This document shows positions 32,930 through 43,247 of a DNA stretch of 64,000 nt, one piece after another. The number at the start of each line of letters is the position of its first letter. Positions within the stretch are counted from its first letter, which is position 1. The stretch lies in contig DQWD01000234.1 in NCBI GenBank assembly GCA_011042725.1, positions 2,492-66,491 of the forward strand. Direction: 5' to 3'. A program made the position numbers and the translations under genes. This DNA comes from Candidatus Aminicenantes bacterium. GTDB lineage: Bacteria > Acidobacteriota > Aminicenantia > Aminicenantales > Aminicenantaceae. The notes beneath the pieces are model-generated. The model was not told where the DNA came from. It was given only the letters and a program-made list of their open reading frames with translations, and searched no databases.

Positions 32930-33510
32930 TGAAAGTTCTTAAAGACCAGAGGCTTTTCTCGATTGTGCCCTTGTTCTTATTTTTGTTCAGTCCCGAAAGC
33001 AGCCATACCTCTGGCCCCAGCTTGGAGATGGTGGGGAAAATTATAAATTTCATCGTGCTTTTTGGGGGGTTAGGCTTTTTGCTACGCAAAACAATTCTAA
33101 AATATTTTGAAGAGAGAATCGCTTTAACTAAAAAAGAATTAGACCGCGCCTCCCAAGAAAAAGAAGAGGGACAGCGCCGGCGAGAAGAAATTGTCCGCCG
33201 TTATCAGAGACTGGATGAAGAACTAGCTAAGATCAGAAAGGATTCTCTCCGCCAAGCAGAAGAAAGAAAAAAAGAGATAATTCTTCTGGCGCAAAAAGAG
33301 GCTCAAAGATTAAGGGATTTAACCGGGAAGGAAGTGGATTGGCTCTACCAAAAACACCTGTGGTCGCTCAAAAAATACGCGGCCGAGATGGCTGTAAAAT
33401 TGGCCAGGGAAAAAATTAGGAAGGATTTATCGACGCCTACTCATCATCAACTTATACAGAAATCTATAGATAATCTGGGAAAAGTTTATGAAAAATTTAG
33501 TGCTCGTTAA
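32929..33510 (+). CDS. atpF: F-type ATP synthase subunit b (second b-type subunit)
   Basis: ORF 32926..33510; the ATG at 32929 overlaps the upstream stop. It has a TM helix followed by a charged coiled helix (KKELDRASQEKEEGQRRREEIV...). Confidence 0.75.
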   Translation: MKVLKDQRLFSIVPLFLFLFSPESSHTSGPSLEMVGKIINFIVLFGGLGFLLRKTILKYFEERIALTKKELDRASQEKEEGQRRREEIVRRYQRLDEELAKIRKDSLRQAEERKKEIILLAQKEAQRLRDLTGKEVDWLYQKHLWSLKKYAAEMAVKLAREKIRKDLSTPTHHQLIQKSIDNLGKVYEKFSAR

Positions 33511-34033
33511 AAGATATAGTGAGGGTCTAGTCCGGGCCCTGGATTCAGTTGAAGAATTTAACCAGGTGAAGGAGGAGCTTCAATCTTTCAACCACCTTCT
33601 CTCCAAATCTACCCAACTAAATCGGGTGCTAGCCACTCCCATTGCCTCGCCAGCGAAAAGAAAAGAAGTCCTTCATTCCCTTTTTCGTCTATGGCCAGGT
33701 TTTTTGTCTAAAACCAAGCGTTTTCTGTCCCTATTGGTTGAACAAGGACGATTGGGTTTACTTCCTGAAATTATCGGTCAACTTCCGGCCATTTGGAATG
33801 ATGAACATGGAATTGTCACCTTTGATATTTTTTCAACCGTACCTTTAACCACCAAGGAAAAAAAAGTTCTCAAGGAAAAGCTGGAGAAGCTGGAAGGATC
33901 CCCCGTGGATCTGCACTTTCATCTTGATCCCCATTTAATTGGAGGGATTTCAGTTAAAAAAGGAAACATTATTTACGATTTGTCCATTCAAGGAAGCCTA
34001 GAGCTTTTAAAGCAACATTTAATTAAAGGATAG
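33488..34033 (+). CDS. atpH: F-type ATP synthase subunit delta (OSCP)
   Basis: 181-aa ORF positioned between b and alpha. OSCP-like C-terminus ([25 protein letters not shown]). Confidence 0.8.
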   Translation: MKNLVLVKRYSEGLVRALDSVEEFNQVKEELQSFNHLLSKSTQLNRVLATPIASPAKRKEVLHSLFRLWPGFLSKTKRFLSLLVEQGRLGLLPEIIGQLPAIWNDEHGIVTFDIFSTVPLTTKEKKVLKEKLEKLEGSPVDLHFHLDPHLIGGISVKKGNIIYDLSIQGSLELLKQHLIKG

Positions 34034-34038
34034 GAACC

Positions 34039-35556
34039 ATGGAAATTAAGGCCGATGAAATAAGCAAAATAATTCAACAGCAAATTGAAGGTTTTGCCGC
34101 CGAATTTGACGTTCAAGAGACAGGAACAGTAACTTCAGTTGGTGATGGGATTGCCAAGATCTATGGCTTGGAGCTGGTGATGTATAACGAATTACTGGAG
34201 TTTCCCCAGGGAGTATACGGGTTAGCCTTAAATTTAGAAGAAGATAGCGTCGGGGCGGTACTTTTGGGAGAAAGCCACTTAATCAAAGAAGGTGACTTAG
34301 TAAAGAGAACCCATCGAATTATTCAGGTTCCTTCCGGTCCAGCTCTGATCGGTCGAGTTGTCAATCCTTTGGGAATGCCGTTGGATGAAAAGGGTCCTAT
34401 TCAAACTGATATTTACATGAATGTCGAGCGCTTGGCTCCGGGAGTAGTTGATCGACTTCCGGTGAAAGAACCACTCCAAACGGGAATAAAGGCTATTGAT
34501 GCAATGATCCCGATCGGCCGTGGGCAGAGAGAGCTGATTATCGGGGATCGTCAGACAGGAAAAACAGCGATTGCCTTGGATACTATCCTTAATCAGAAAG
34601 GAAAGGACGTGGTTTGCATCTACGTGGCCATTGGCCAGAAAAGGTCAACTATTGCTTATATAATTAAAACGTTAGAAGATTTTGGAGCCCTGGATTACTC
34701 GATTGTGGTTGCCGCTTCGGCCAGTGCTCCTTCGCCTCTTCAATATTTGGCCCCTTATAGTGGGTGTGCCATCGGGGAGTATTTCCGGGATAATGGGCAA
34801 CATGCTTTGGTGATTTATGATGATTTGTCCAAACATGCGGCTGCCTACCGGGAAATATCCCTCCTTCTGAGAAGACCCCCGGGAAGAGAAGCCTATCCGG
34901 GCGATGTTTTCTATCTCCATTCACGACTACTGGAGAGAGCAGCCAAGTATAATGACGACCACGGAGGAGGCTCGCTTACTGCTCTCCCCATTATTGAAAC
35001 TCAAGCGGGAGATGTTTCGGGATATATTCCTACTAATGTCATTTCCATTACTGACGGGCAGATTTATCTCGAACCTGAGCTTTTCAATGCGGGTATTAGA
35101 CCGGCCATTAATGTTGGTATTTCCGTGTCTCGTGTAGGAGGAAATGCCCAGGTCAAAGCCATGAAGCAAGTAGCCGGCCAACTCCGTCTTGAACTAGCTC
35201 AATACCGGGAGTTGGCTACCTTCGCCCAGTTTGGGACTGAACTGGATAAAGCCAGCCAGGCCCAGTTGGAACGAGGAAGAAGATTAACCGAGATACTCAA
35301 GCAAAACCAGTATGAGCCGTTACCTGTTGAAAAACAGATTATCATCATTTATGCCGGTAATAAGGGATTCTTAGACGAATTTGAGGTGAGAGTTCTTAAG
35401 GATTATGAGAAAAAGCTTTATGATTATCTGGATAAAGAGAAAACTCAACTATTAAAGGAATTAGCCTTGAAAAAGGAAATATCTCCGGAACTTGACCAAG
35501 CTATTGAGCAAGCTTTGACTGAATTTAATCAGAGATTTAAAGAAGGAACCCTTTGA
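34039..35556 (+). CDS. atpA: F-type ATP synthase subunit alpha
   Basis: 505-aa ORF with Walker A GDRQTGKT and a highly conserved alpha sequence throughout. Confidence 0.97.
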   Translation: MEIKADEISKIIQQQIEGFAAEFDVQETGTVTSVGDGIAKIYGLELVMYNELLEFPQGVYGLALNLEEDSVGAVLLGESHLIKEGDLVKRTHRIIQVPSGPALIGRVVNPLGMPLDEKGPIQTDIYMNVERLAPGVVDRLPVKEPLQTGIKAIDAMIPIGRGQRELIIGDRQTGKTAIALDTILNQKGKDVVCIYVAIGQKRSTIAYIIKTLEDFGALDYSIVVAASASAPSPLQYLAPYSGCAIGEYFRDNGQHALVIYDDLSKHAAAYREISLLLRRPPGREAYPGDVFYLHSRLLERAAKYNDDHGGGSLTALPIIETQAGDVSGYIPTNVISITDGQIYLEPELFNAGIRPAINVGISVSRVGGNAQVKAMKQVAGQLRLELAQYRELATFAQFGTELDKASQAQLERGRRLTEILKQNQYEPLPVEKQIIIIYAGNKGFLDEFEVRVLKDYEKKLYDYLDKEKTQLLKELALKKEISPELDQAIEQALTEFNQRFKEGTL

Positions 35557-35557
35557 A

Positions 35558-36433
35558 ATGCCGGCTTTAATTGATTTAAGACGTCGCATTAGAAGTATTC
35601 GTAACACCCAGCAGATTACTCAAGCGATGAAAACGGTGGCCACGGCCCGCTTAAAGAGATTTCAACGGATAGTTTTGGGAACAAGACCCTATTGGCATGC
35701 CACTCCATCTTTCTTTGCCCAGGTAGCTAAAATAGATAAAGGCTCTCTTCATCCTCTCCTTCAACCGAGGGCAGAAAACAGAGTAATGGTCGTGGTGATT
35801 ACTTCTGATAAAGGATTATGTGGAGCGTTTAACGCGAATCTGCTAGAGAGAACCTGGGACTTTCTAAATAACAAGTCATCCCGAGCGCAGATTAAATTAG
35901 CTCTGGTAGGGAAAAAGGCCATCTTGTTTTTTAAACACCGTCCCGATTATCCTGTCGTTTGGAGTTGCCTCAACCATCAGGAAAAAGAAACAGTTGGCAA
36001 TTTAAAAAGTTTGACCAAGGATTTAGTGGAGATGTTCTTAATTCATCAAGTTGATGCCGTTTATGTGGCTTATAATGAATTCAAGTCAATCCTTGCTCCT
36101 TTAATTTCATTTCCGCGGCTCTTACCCATCGGAGATTTTGCATTTCAAGAAGGCTCAGCAAAAGAAGATGGATTTGTTGGGAGGTGGTGGGAGCCCCAGG
36201 CCTTCGAGATTTTAGATAAGCTTTTACCTGCTTATGTGGAATATCAGATGGCTCATTTTTACTATGAATCTTTGGCGGCTGAGCAAGCAGCTCGGATGAT
36301 GGCCATGGAAAATGCTTCTCAAAATGCCGAAGAGTTGATTTCAGAATTAACCTTGGTCATGAATAAGATACGGCAAGCTTCAATTACCAAAGAATTACTC
36401 GAAATAATGACTGCCGTCGAGGCATTGAAATAA
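35558..36433 (+). CDS. atpG: F-type ATP synthase subunit gamma
   Basis: 291-aa ORF. N-terminal IRSIRNTQQITQAMKTVATARL and C-terminal ITKELLEIMTAVEAL are gamma hallmarks. Confidence 0.95.
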   Translation: MPALIDLRRRIRSIRNTQQITQAMKTVATARLKRFQRIVLGTRPYWHATPSFFAQVAKIDKGSLHPLLQPRAENRVMVVVITSDKGLCGAFNANLLERTWDFLNNKSSRAQIKLALVGKKAILFFKHRPDYPVVWSCLNHQEKETVGNLKSLTKDLVEMFLIHQVDAVYVAYNEFKSILAPLISFPRLLPIGDFAFQEGSAKEDGFVGRWWEPQAFEILDKLLPAYVEYQMAHFYYESLAAEQAARMMAMENASQNAEELISELTLVMNKIRQASITKELLEIMTAVEALK

Positions 36434-36448
36434 TATCAAGGGAGATAA

Positions 36449-38197
<1,749 letters not shown>

Positions 38198-38211
<14 letters not shown>

Positions 38212-38923
38212 AGAAACACTTGATCATTTCTACCATGGACGAATCTTGGTCTACCAGCCGCGGAAAGGATATCGATTTGCGGTAGATGCCCCTTTATTGG
38301 CGGGATTTATTCACCTTTACCCGGATGAATGGGCCTGTGAGCTAGGCACGGGGAGTGGGATTATTTCCTTGCTATTAAGCATCCACTTTTTTGGAGGGAT
38401 TGTAGCCGTGGAAATTCAGGAGAAATTGGCTCATTTAGCCAAGAAAAATGTTCAGATTAATAACTTGGAAGAGAAGATATTTGTTGTTTGTGCTGACATT
38501 ATGAATTTTTCTTCTCGCCGGAAGTTTGAGGTGGTGTTTTCGAACCCTCCTTATTTCCGTCGTGGTCAAGGGCGGATGAGTCCAACTAGAGAAAAAGCGA
38601 TCGCTAAATATGAGATAAAATGTGATATGATGGGGATCATGACCAAAACGAGTGAGCTTCTCTGTTCGAAGGGGAGAGCTTACTTTATTTATCCTGTCCA
38701 GCGGCAGGAGGAATTGGCCAGAGCTCTGGAAAGGGCGGGTCTCAAATTGAATCGTCTCCGCTATGTTTACCCGGCCCCCAACTGTTCACCTCGATTCTTA
38801 TTGACTCAATGTTCGTTCCAAGCTGGTGAACTGGTGGAAGAACCTCCGCTGTTTTTGCTTGATGAAAAGGGAGAGATTACCCCTGAAGCTGAGAAAATAT
38901 ATGGGGGTAAAGGCAATGATTAA
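38198..38923 (+). CDS. N6-adenine-type SAM methyltransferase, TrmN6/YfiC-like (COG4123-like)
   Basis: ORF 38057..38923. The first in-frame ATG after the bulk of the atpC body is 38198 (MNQNEETLDHF...). Motifs ELGTGSGIISLLL and FSNPPYF (NPPY). It overlaps atpC by 14 nt. Confidence 0.7.
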
Positions 38924-39752
38924 ACTCCTGGAAAATTTAAAGACCATCTACCGCTACCGTGGTTTAATCCAAAGCTTGGTTGGTCGAGAATTAAAAGCCC
39001 GCTATCGAGGCACTGTCCTGGGGTTCTTGTGGTCGTTTATCAATCCTTTACTGCTCATGATTATTTATACCATTGTCTTTGGTTTTATCATTGGCCCTCG
39101 GGATCCTGCTTTTAATAATAATCCCATCTTATATGCCCTCTTTCTTTTCTGTGGAGTATTACCATGGACTTGGTTTTCTTCTTCCTCGTTGGAAGCAGCC
39201 AATGTGTTGATGATTCAAGGCAACTTAATCAAAAAAGTGCTTTTTCCGGCTGAAGTTCTCCCGATCGTGGTTGTTACCTCCAACTTCATTCATTTTCTAT
39301 TTGGCTTGCCAATCTTATTTGGGGCTAAGGCTCTTATCTCTTGCTTTGTGCCTAATGCCCCAGGCTTTTCGATTTACCTTGTTTTCCTGCCTTATGTGAT
39401 TTTGGTGCAGTATATCTTTACTCTTGGTTTAGGTCTTTTTCTGTCGGCTTTAACGGTCCATTTTCGAGACATCAAAGATATCCTAGCTAATTTACTAACT
39501 TTTTGGTTTTTTGCTTCACCAATTATTTATCCCATGACTTTTGGGCCGATTAAGAAATCGGTTATCTTGCGTACTTTTCTGAACTTGAACCCCATAACTC
39601 ATATCATGGTGGGTTACCAGAATACAGTTTATTTTGGAGAGATGATTCGCTGGAAAAGGCTAAGCGTAACTTTACTAGTGGCGATAATTATTTTTATCGT
39701 TGGTTATCATGTTTTTGATAAACTCCGAGATTCTTTTCCTGAGGAGGTTTAA
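38916..39752 (+). CDS. wzm: ABC-2 type polysaccharide/O-antigen export permease
   Basis: ORF 38826..39752. I prefer ATG 38916 (MIKLLENLKTIYRYRGLIQSLVGRELKARYRGTVLGFLWSFINPLL), the canonical ABC-2 N-terminus. Six TM helices. Confidence 0.8.
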   Translation: MIKLLENLKTIYRYRGLIQSLVGRELKARYRGTVLGFLWSFINPLLLMIIYTIVFGFIIGPRDPAFNNNPILYALFLFCGVLPWTWFSSSSLEAANVLMIQGNLIKKVLFPAEVLPIVVVTSNFIHFLFGLPILFGAKALISCFVPNAPGFSIYLVFLPYVILVQYIFTLGLGLFLSALTVHFRDIKDILANLLTFWFFASPIIYPMTFGPIKKSVILRTFLNLNPITHIMVGYQNTVYFGEMIRWKRLSVTLLVAIIIFIVGYHVFDKLRDSFPEEV

Positions 39753-41042
39753 GTGGTCGCCATCGAAGTGGATCATGTGACCCGGATTTATCAGAAGTAT
39801 TCAGCTCGTCATCGCTTTAAAACTTTTAAAAGTGCTCTTCTTAAAGGCGATCTTTTTCATGCTCTGAAACCAGATGAACTGGTCACGGCTTTAGACAATG
39901 TAAGTTTTAAAGTAGATAAAGGTACAACTTTTGGGGTCATTGGAGAGAATGGCTCGGGAAAAAGTACTTTATTAAAGATAATCGCCGGCATCACCAAGCC
40001 AACTTCAGGCAGGATTAAAGTCAATGGGAAAGTCTCTGCCCTGATTGAACTGGGAGCAGGATTTCACCCGGAGATTAGTGGACGCGAAAATATATATATT
40101 AACGGCATCATGCTTGGTCTTTCTAAAAAAGAAATCCAGGAAAAGTTTGCTGATATAGTGCGTTTTGCCGAGCTCGAAGATTTTATCGATGCTCCGGTCA
40201 AGACCTATTCTTCGGGAATGTACATGAGGCTAGGTTTTTCAATCGCCATTAATGTTAATCCTGATATTCTTTTGGTGGATGAGGTTCTAGCTGTCGGAGA
40301 CGCTTCCTTTGTTCCTAAATGTTTAGACCGTATTGATGATTTTCGCCGGCGGGAGAAAACCATTCTTTTCGTCAGCCATGACTTAGCCACCGTGGAGCGA
40401 ATTTGTGACCGGGTAGCTTGGCTGAAGAATGGGCGAGTGATGACCATCGGAGATCCCAAGCGAGTTATCGATGCCTATTTACAAGATGTGGCTGAAAAGC
40501 AAGAAAGAAAATTTGAGGAGCGTCAACAGGAAGTCCAGGTTCAAGAGAGTTATGAAGAAGAAGAAAGAGAAAATAGGTGGGGAAAGCGAGAGGTGGAAAT
40601 TAAGCAAGTTCACTTGAAAAATCACCAAGGCGAAGAAAAGCATGTTTTTTCGCCCGAGGAGGGAATGGTGGTCGAGATGGATGTTGAAGCTTATTCCCCA
40701 ATAAAAGATTTTGTCTTTGGGATTGGGATATTTAATGCCCGTGGAATTCAAGTTTATGGAACCAACACTGATCTTGAGGATTTTAGTCCCCAAGTCATTG
40801 ATGGGCCTGGCAAGGTAATCTGTCAAATTAAACAACTTAATTTGATCAATGGTACTTATTATCTTGATGTCGCTGTTCATAAGAAAGATGGTTATCCTTA
40901 TGACTATCACCGTCATCTATACTCTTTTTTGGTTTCTTCTCGCCACAAAGATGAGGGAATAGTCCGCCTCCCGCACCAATGGCAATTTAGTGATAATATC
41001 AAGCTCAAATCCCCAAAATTTAAGTCGTCTTCGGGAAAGTGA
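39753..41042 (+). CDS. wzt: Polysaccharide/O-antigen ABC exporter ATPase with C-terminal carbohydrate-binding-type domain
   Basis: 429-aa ORF with a GTG start directly after the wzm stop. Walker A GENGSGKST, signature YSSGMYMRLGF, Walker B ILLVDE. A further ~170 aa of beta-rich C-terminal extension follow. Confidence 0.85.
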   Translation: MVAIEVDHVTRIYQKYSARHRFKTFKSALLKGDLFHALKPDELVTALDNVSFKVDKGTTFGVIGENGSGKSTLLKIIAGITKPTSGRIKVNGKVSALIELGAGFHPEISGRENIYINGIMLGLSKKEIQEKFADIVRFAELEDFIDAPVKTYSSGMYMRLGFSIAINVNPDILLVDEVLAVGDASFVPKCLDRIDDFRRREKTILFVSHDLATVERICDRVAWLKNGRVMTIGDPKRVIDAYLQDVAEKQERKFEERQQEVQVQESYEEEERENRWGKREVEIKQVHLKNHQGEEKHVFSPEEGMVVEMDVEAYSPIKDFVFGIGIFNARGIQVYGTNTDLEDFSPQVIDGPGKVICQIKQLNLINGTYYLDVAVHKKDGYPYDYHRHLYSFLVSSRHKDEGIVRLPHQWQFSDNIKLKSPKFKSSSGK

Positions 41043-41064
41043 AAAAAGAGGAGGCAATAACTGG

Positions 41065-41562
41065 GTGTCTAAAATCATCTCCTTAACCGGGCTCATTGAA
41101 GAGAGAAAAAAATGGCGGGAACAAGGACAAAAGGTGGTGATGACTAATGGGTGTTTCGACCTGTTACATGGTGGCCACATCTGGCTTTTCCAGCAAGCCA
41201 AATCTCTGGGGGATATTTTGATTGTGGCGGTGAATACTGACGAGTCCATCAGTCAATTAAAGGGAAAAGGTCGCCCGATTTTTCCTTTAGAGGAGAGGTT
41301 AGAAATTTTGGAAGCAATAGAGTTTATTGATTATCTTTTGCCCTTTTCGGAATTGACCCCTTATCGAATTATCTCGGCTCTTTTACCAGATGTGTTGGTT
41401 AAAGGTGGAGATTGGCCTCTCGATCAGATTGTCGGCCGCCAGGCCGTGGAAGAAGCCGGAGGGCAGGTGGTGACCATTCCTTATCGGCAAGGAAAGTCAA
41501 CTTCAGAAATAATTAAGGCGATTATTTCTAAAAACCGGAAAAATAATTATCCCCAAGAATAA
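41065..41562 (+). CDS. hldC: D-glycero-beta-D-manno-heptose-1-phosphate adenylyltransferase (RfaE domain II / HldC type)
   Basis: ORF 40990..41562. I prefer GTG 41065, preceded by AAGAGGAGG at 41046-41054. Cytidylyltransferase-fold motif TNGCFDLLHGGH and AVNTDES. No kinase (RfaE domain I) is attached. Confidence 0.8.
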   Translation: MSKIISLTGLIEERKKWREQGQKVVMTNGCFDLLHGGHIWLFQQAKSLGDILIVAVNTDESISQLKGKGRPIFPLEERLEILEAIEFIDYLLPFSELTPYRIISALLPDVLVKGGDWPLDQIVGRQAVEEAGGQVVTIPYRQGKSTSEIIKAIISKNRKNNYPQE

Positions 41563-41865
41563 TAAAGCCATCCCGCTAATAAATTACACATAAATAAAAA
41601 ATCTTCTTTTGGTCTTTGTCTAGCTCGAGTTAAGGTTAAAAAGAAATGGCCTTATCATTTATTAATTCCGGCGATTACTCTTTCTTGATTTAAGGGATTC
41701 TTCTTTTAATGAGTCGAAAAGACGCTTGATTTAGTTAGTTAAAGAACATAGTTTTAATGTTTAGATAACCTTATTTGTAATTAACAGGAGGATTAGGCAG
41801 GCCAAGAGCTAGATTGAGACATAATCAATTGACTTGACCAGCGGATTCTTAATCCAAGAGCCGAA

Positions 41866-43047
41866 TTATTTAGGCCAAGAGATGGATTGAGACCGATGGC
41901 GTTCGGAAGATTCAAGAAGGATCTTGCTCCACCAAGACCAGATCTTTTGATGAAATTCCAGGCTGGGAAAATGTCGACGTAAGTAGTTAGGGATATTTAT
42001 TTTTTCTTCTTCGGGGGCCAATTGAGTCAGGCGTGTTTCGTCATACAAGATGGGAAACTCAGGGTGAAACTGAAGGCCGAGGACATGAGGAAATTGTTCA
42101 TGAGCAATGGCTTCGATCACTTTTCCATCTAAGGAAGTGGCTGCCACTTGAAAGCCTTTCCCTAGCTGGCTAACAGCCTGGTGATGGGCACTCATGATGA
42201 AAGGGGACGGTTGAGGAGGAAACCCAAGGATTTGGGCTAAGAAACTTTCTTGATCCCAGGTTATAGGGTGGAGAAAATAGGGGAGCAAACCCATCTCGGG
42301 ATGGAGCTTGGCCCAGGGGTTGGTGTGCCAGTTTTCTCTTCCTAGTTCAATAACCTCTTCTAAGAATTTTTGCCCATATATTTCTGACCAAATATCTTGA
42401 ACAAGGGTGCCTCCGGTGGCCACATTCATGCTTTGGGCTCCCAGACAAATACCTAAGATGGGAAATTCAGGATCTTCAGCTAAAAGGGGAGAGAAGTCTG
42501 GATCTTGGTGGCCTCCTAGCAGATGAAAAAGAAAAGAAAGTTCAAAATAATGCCGGTAAGGATCTCTAATGCTGGTTAGAAGCAGTGATTTTTGTCCGTA
42601 AAGTCCCGGCGGTATATCCGGCCCGCCGAAAAATATTAAGCCGTCGCTGTGATGAAAAAGTTCAGCAAAGACTTCACTCAAAGAATTTTTCTTAAACACA
42701 TCTTCAGGAGAAATTTCACCTTTGATGGCGCGGAGGTTAATCCAGTCGATGTTGTTTTCCTCGAGGAAGCGTTGAGAGTCTTGGTAGTCTGTTTTTTCCT
42801 GAACATGGTAAACTCCTTGTACGACTAAGTTATCGAGGGCAAGAAGACCTTTTTGGCGAAGATTAGTCAGGGCTCGGAGGCTTCCCACTGAAGGATAACA
42901 TATAGTTAGATGAATTGCCTCGGCTTGATTAATAGAGGGAGAGGTATGATTGGAGGAGGAACAAGAAAAAAGAGCCAGAACCCCTCCCCCGATTAATAGG
43001 TAAAGGAAAATTAAGCGAGTTAATTTTATTAAATATTTGTTGAACAC
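41866..43047 (-). CDS. Class I glutamine amidotransferase / peptidase C26 (gamma-glutamyl hydrolase-like) with lipoprotein-type signal
   Basis: ORF 41866..43062. I prefer GTG 43047 after AGGAGGGAGG. N-terminus LIGGGVLALFSCSS (lipobox-like). Catalytic Cys in GICLGAQSMN and His/Glu in GLQFHPEF. Confidence 0.75.
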   Translation of the reverse strand: MFNKYLIKLTRLIFLYLLIGGGVLALFSCSSSNHTSPSINQAEAIHLTICYPSVGSLRALTNLRQKGLLALDNLVVQGVYHVQEKTDYQDSQRFLEENNIDWINLRAIKGEISPEDVFKKNSLSEVFAELFHHSDGLIFFGGPDIPPGLYGQKSLLLTSIRDPYRHYFELSFLFHLLGGHQDPDFSPLLAEDPEFPILGICLGAQSMNVATGGTLVQDIWSEIYGQKFLEEVIELGRENWHTNPWAKLHPEMGLLPYFLHPITWDQESFLAQILGFPPQPSPFIMSAHHQAVSQLGKGFQVAATSLDGKVIEAIAHEQFPHVLGLQFHPEFPILYDETRLTQLAPEEEKINIPNYLRRHFPSLEFHQKIWSWWSKILLESSERHRSQSISWPK

Positions 43048-43247
43048 TGCCTCCCTCCTCAAAGGGTAGTCAGAAAATCTTTGGAGAAGAAATTCAGCCT
43101 AAAGATGTATCATCAAAAGGTCGTTTAGTCAATATTAATTAAGATAGCAAACCTTTTGGTAGAAATTTCCGTTCATAAGAATGATTACTTTCTTTAAATT
43201 GGAAAGATTAAGAAAAATTGAATAGTAATAGTGGAGGAAAATTAACG

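Noticed and set aside
40479-41249. Minus-strand ORFs of 145 aa and 110 aa antisense to wzt and hldC.
   Set aside because: They are antisense shadows of well-supported plus-strand genes. The sequences are Ile/Leu/Phe-rich, as expected from the reverse complement of Lys/Glu/Asn-rich coding sequence.
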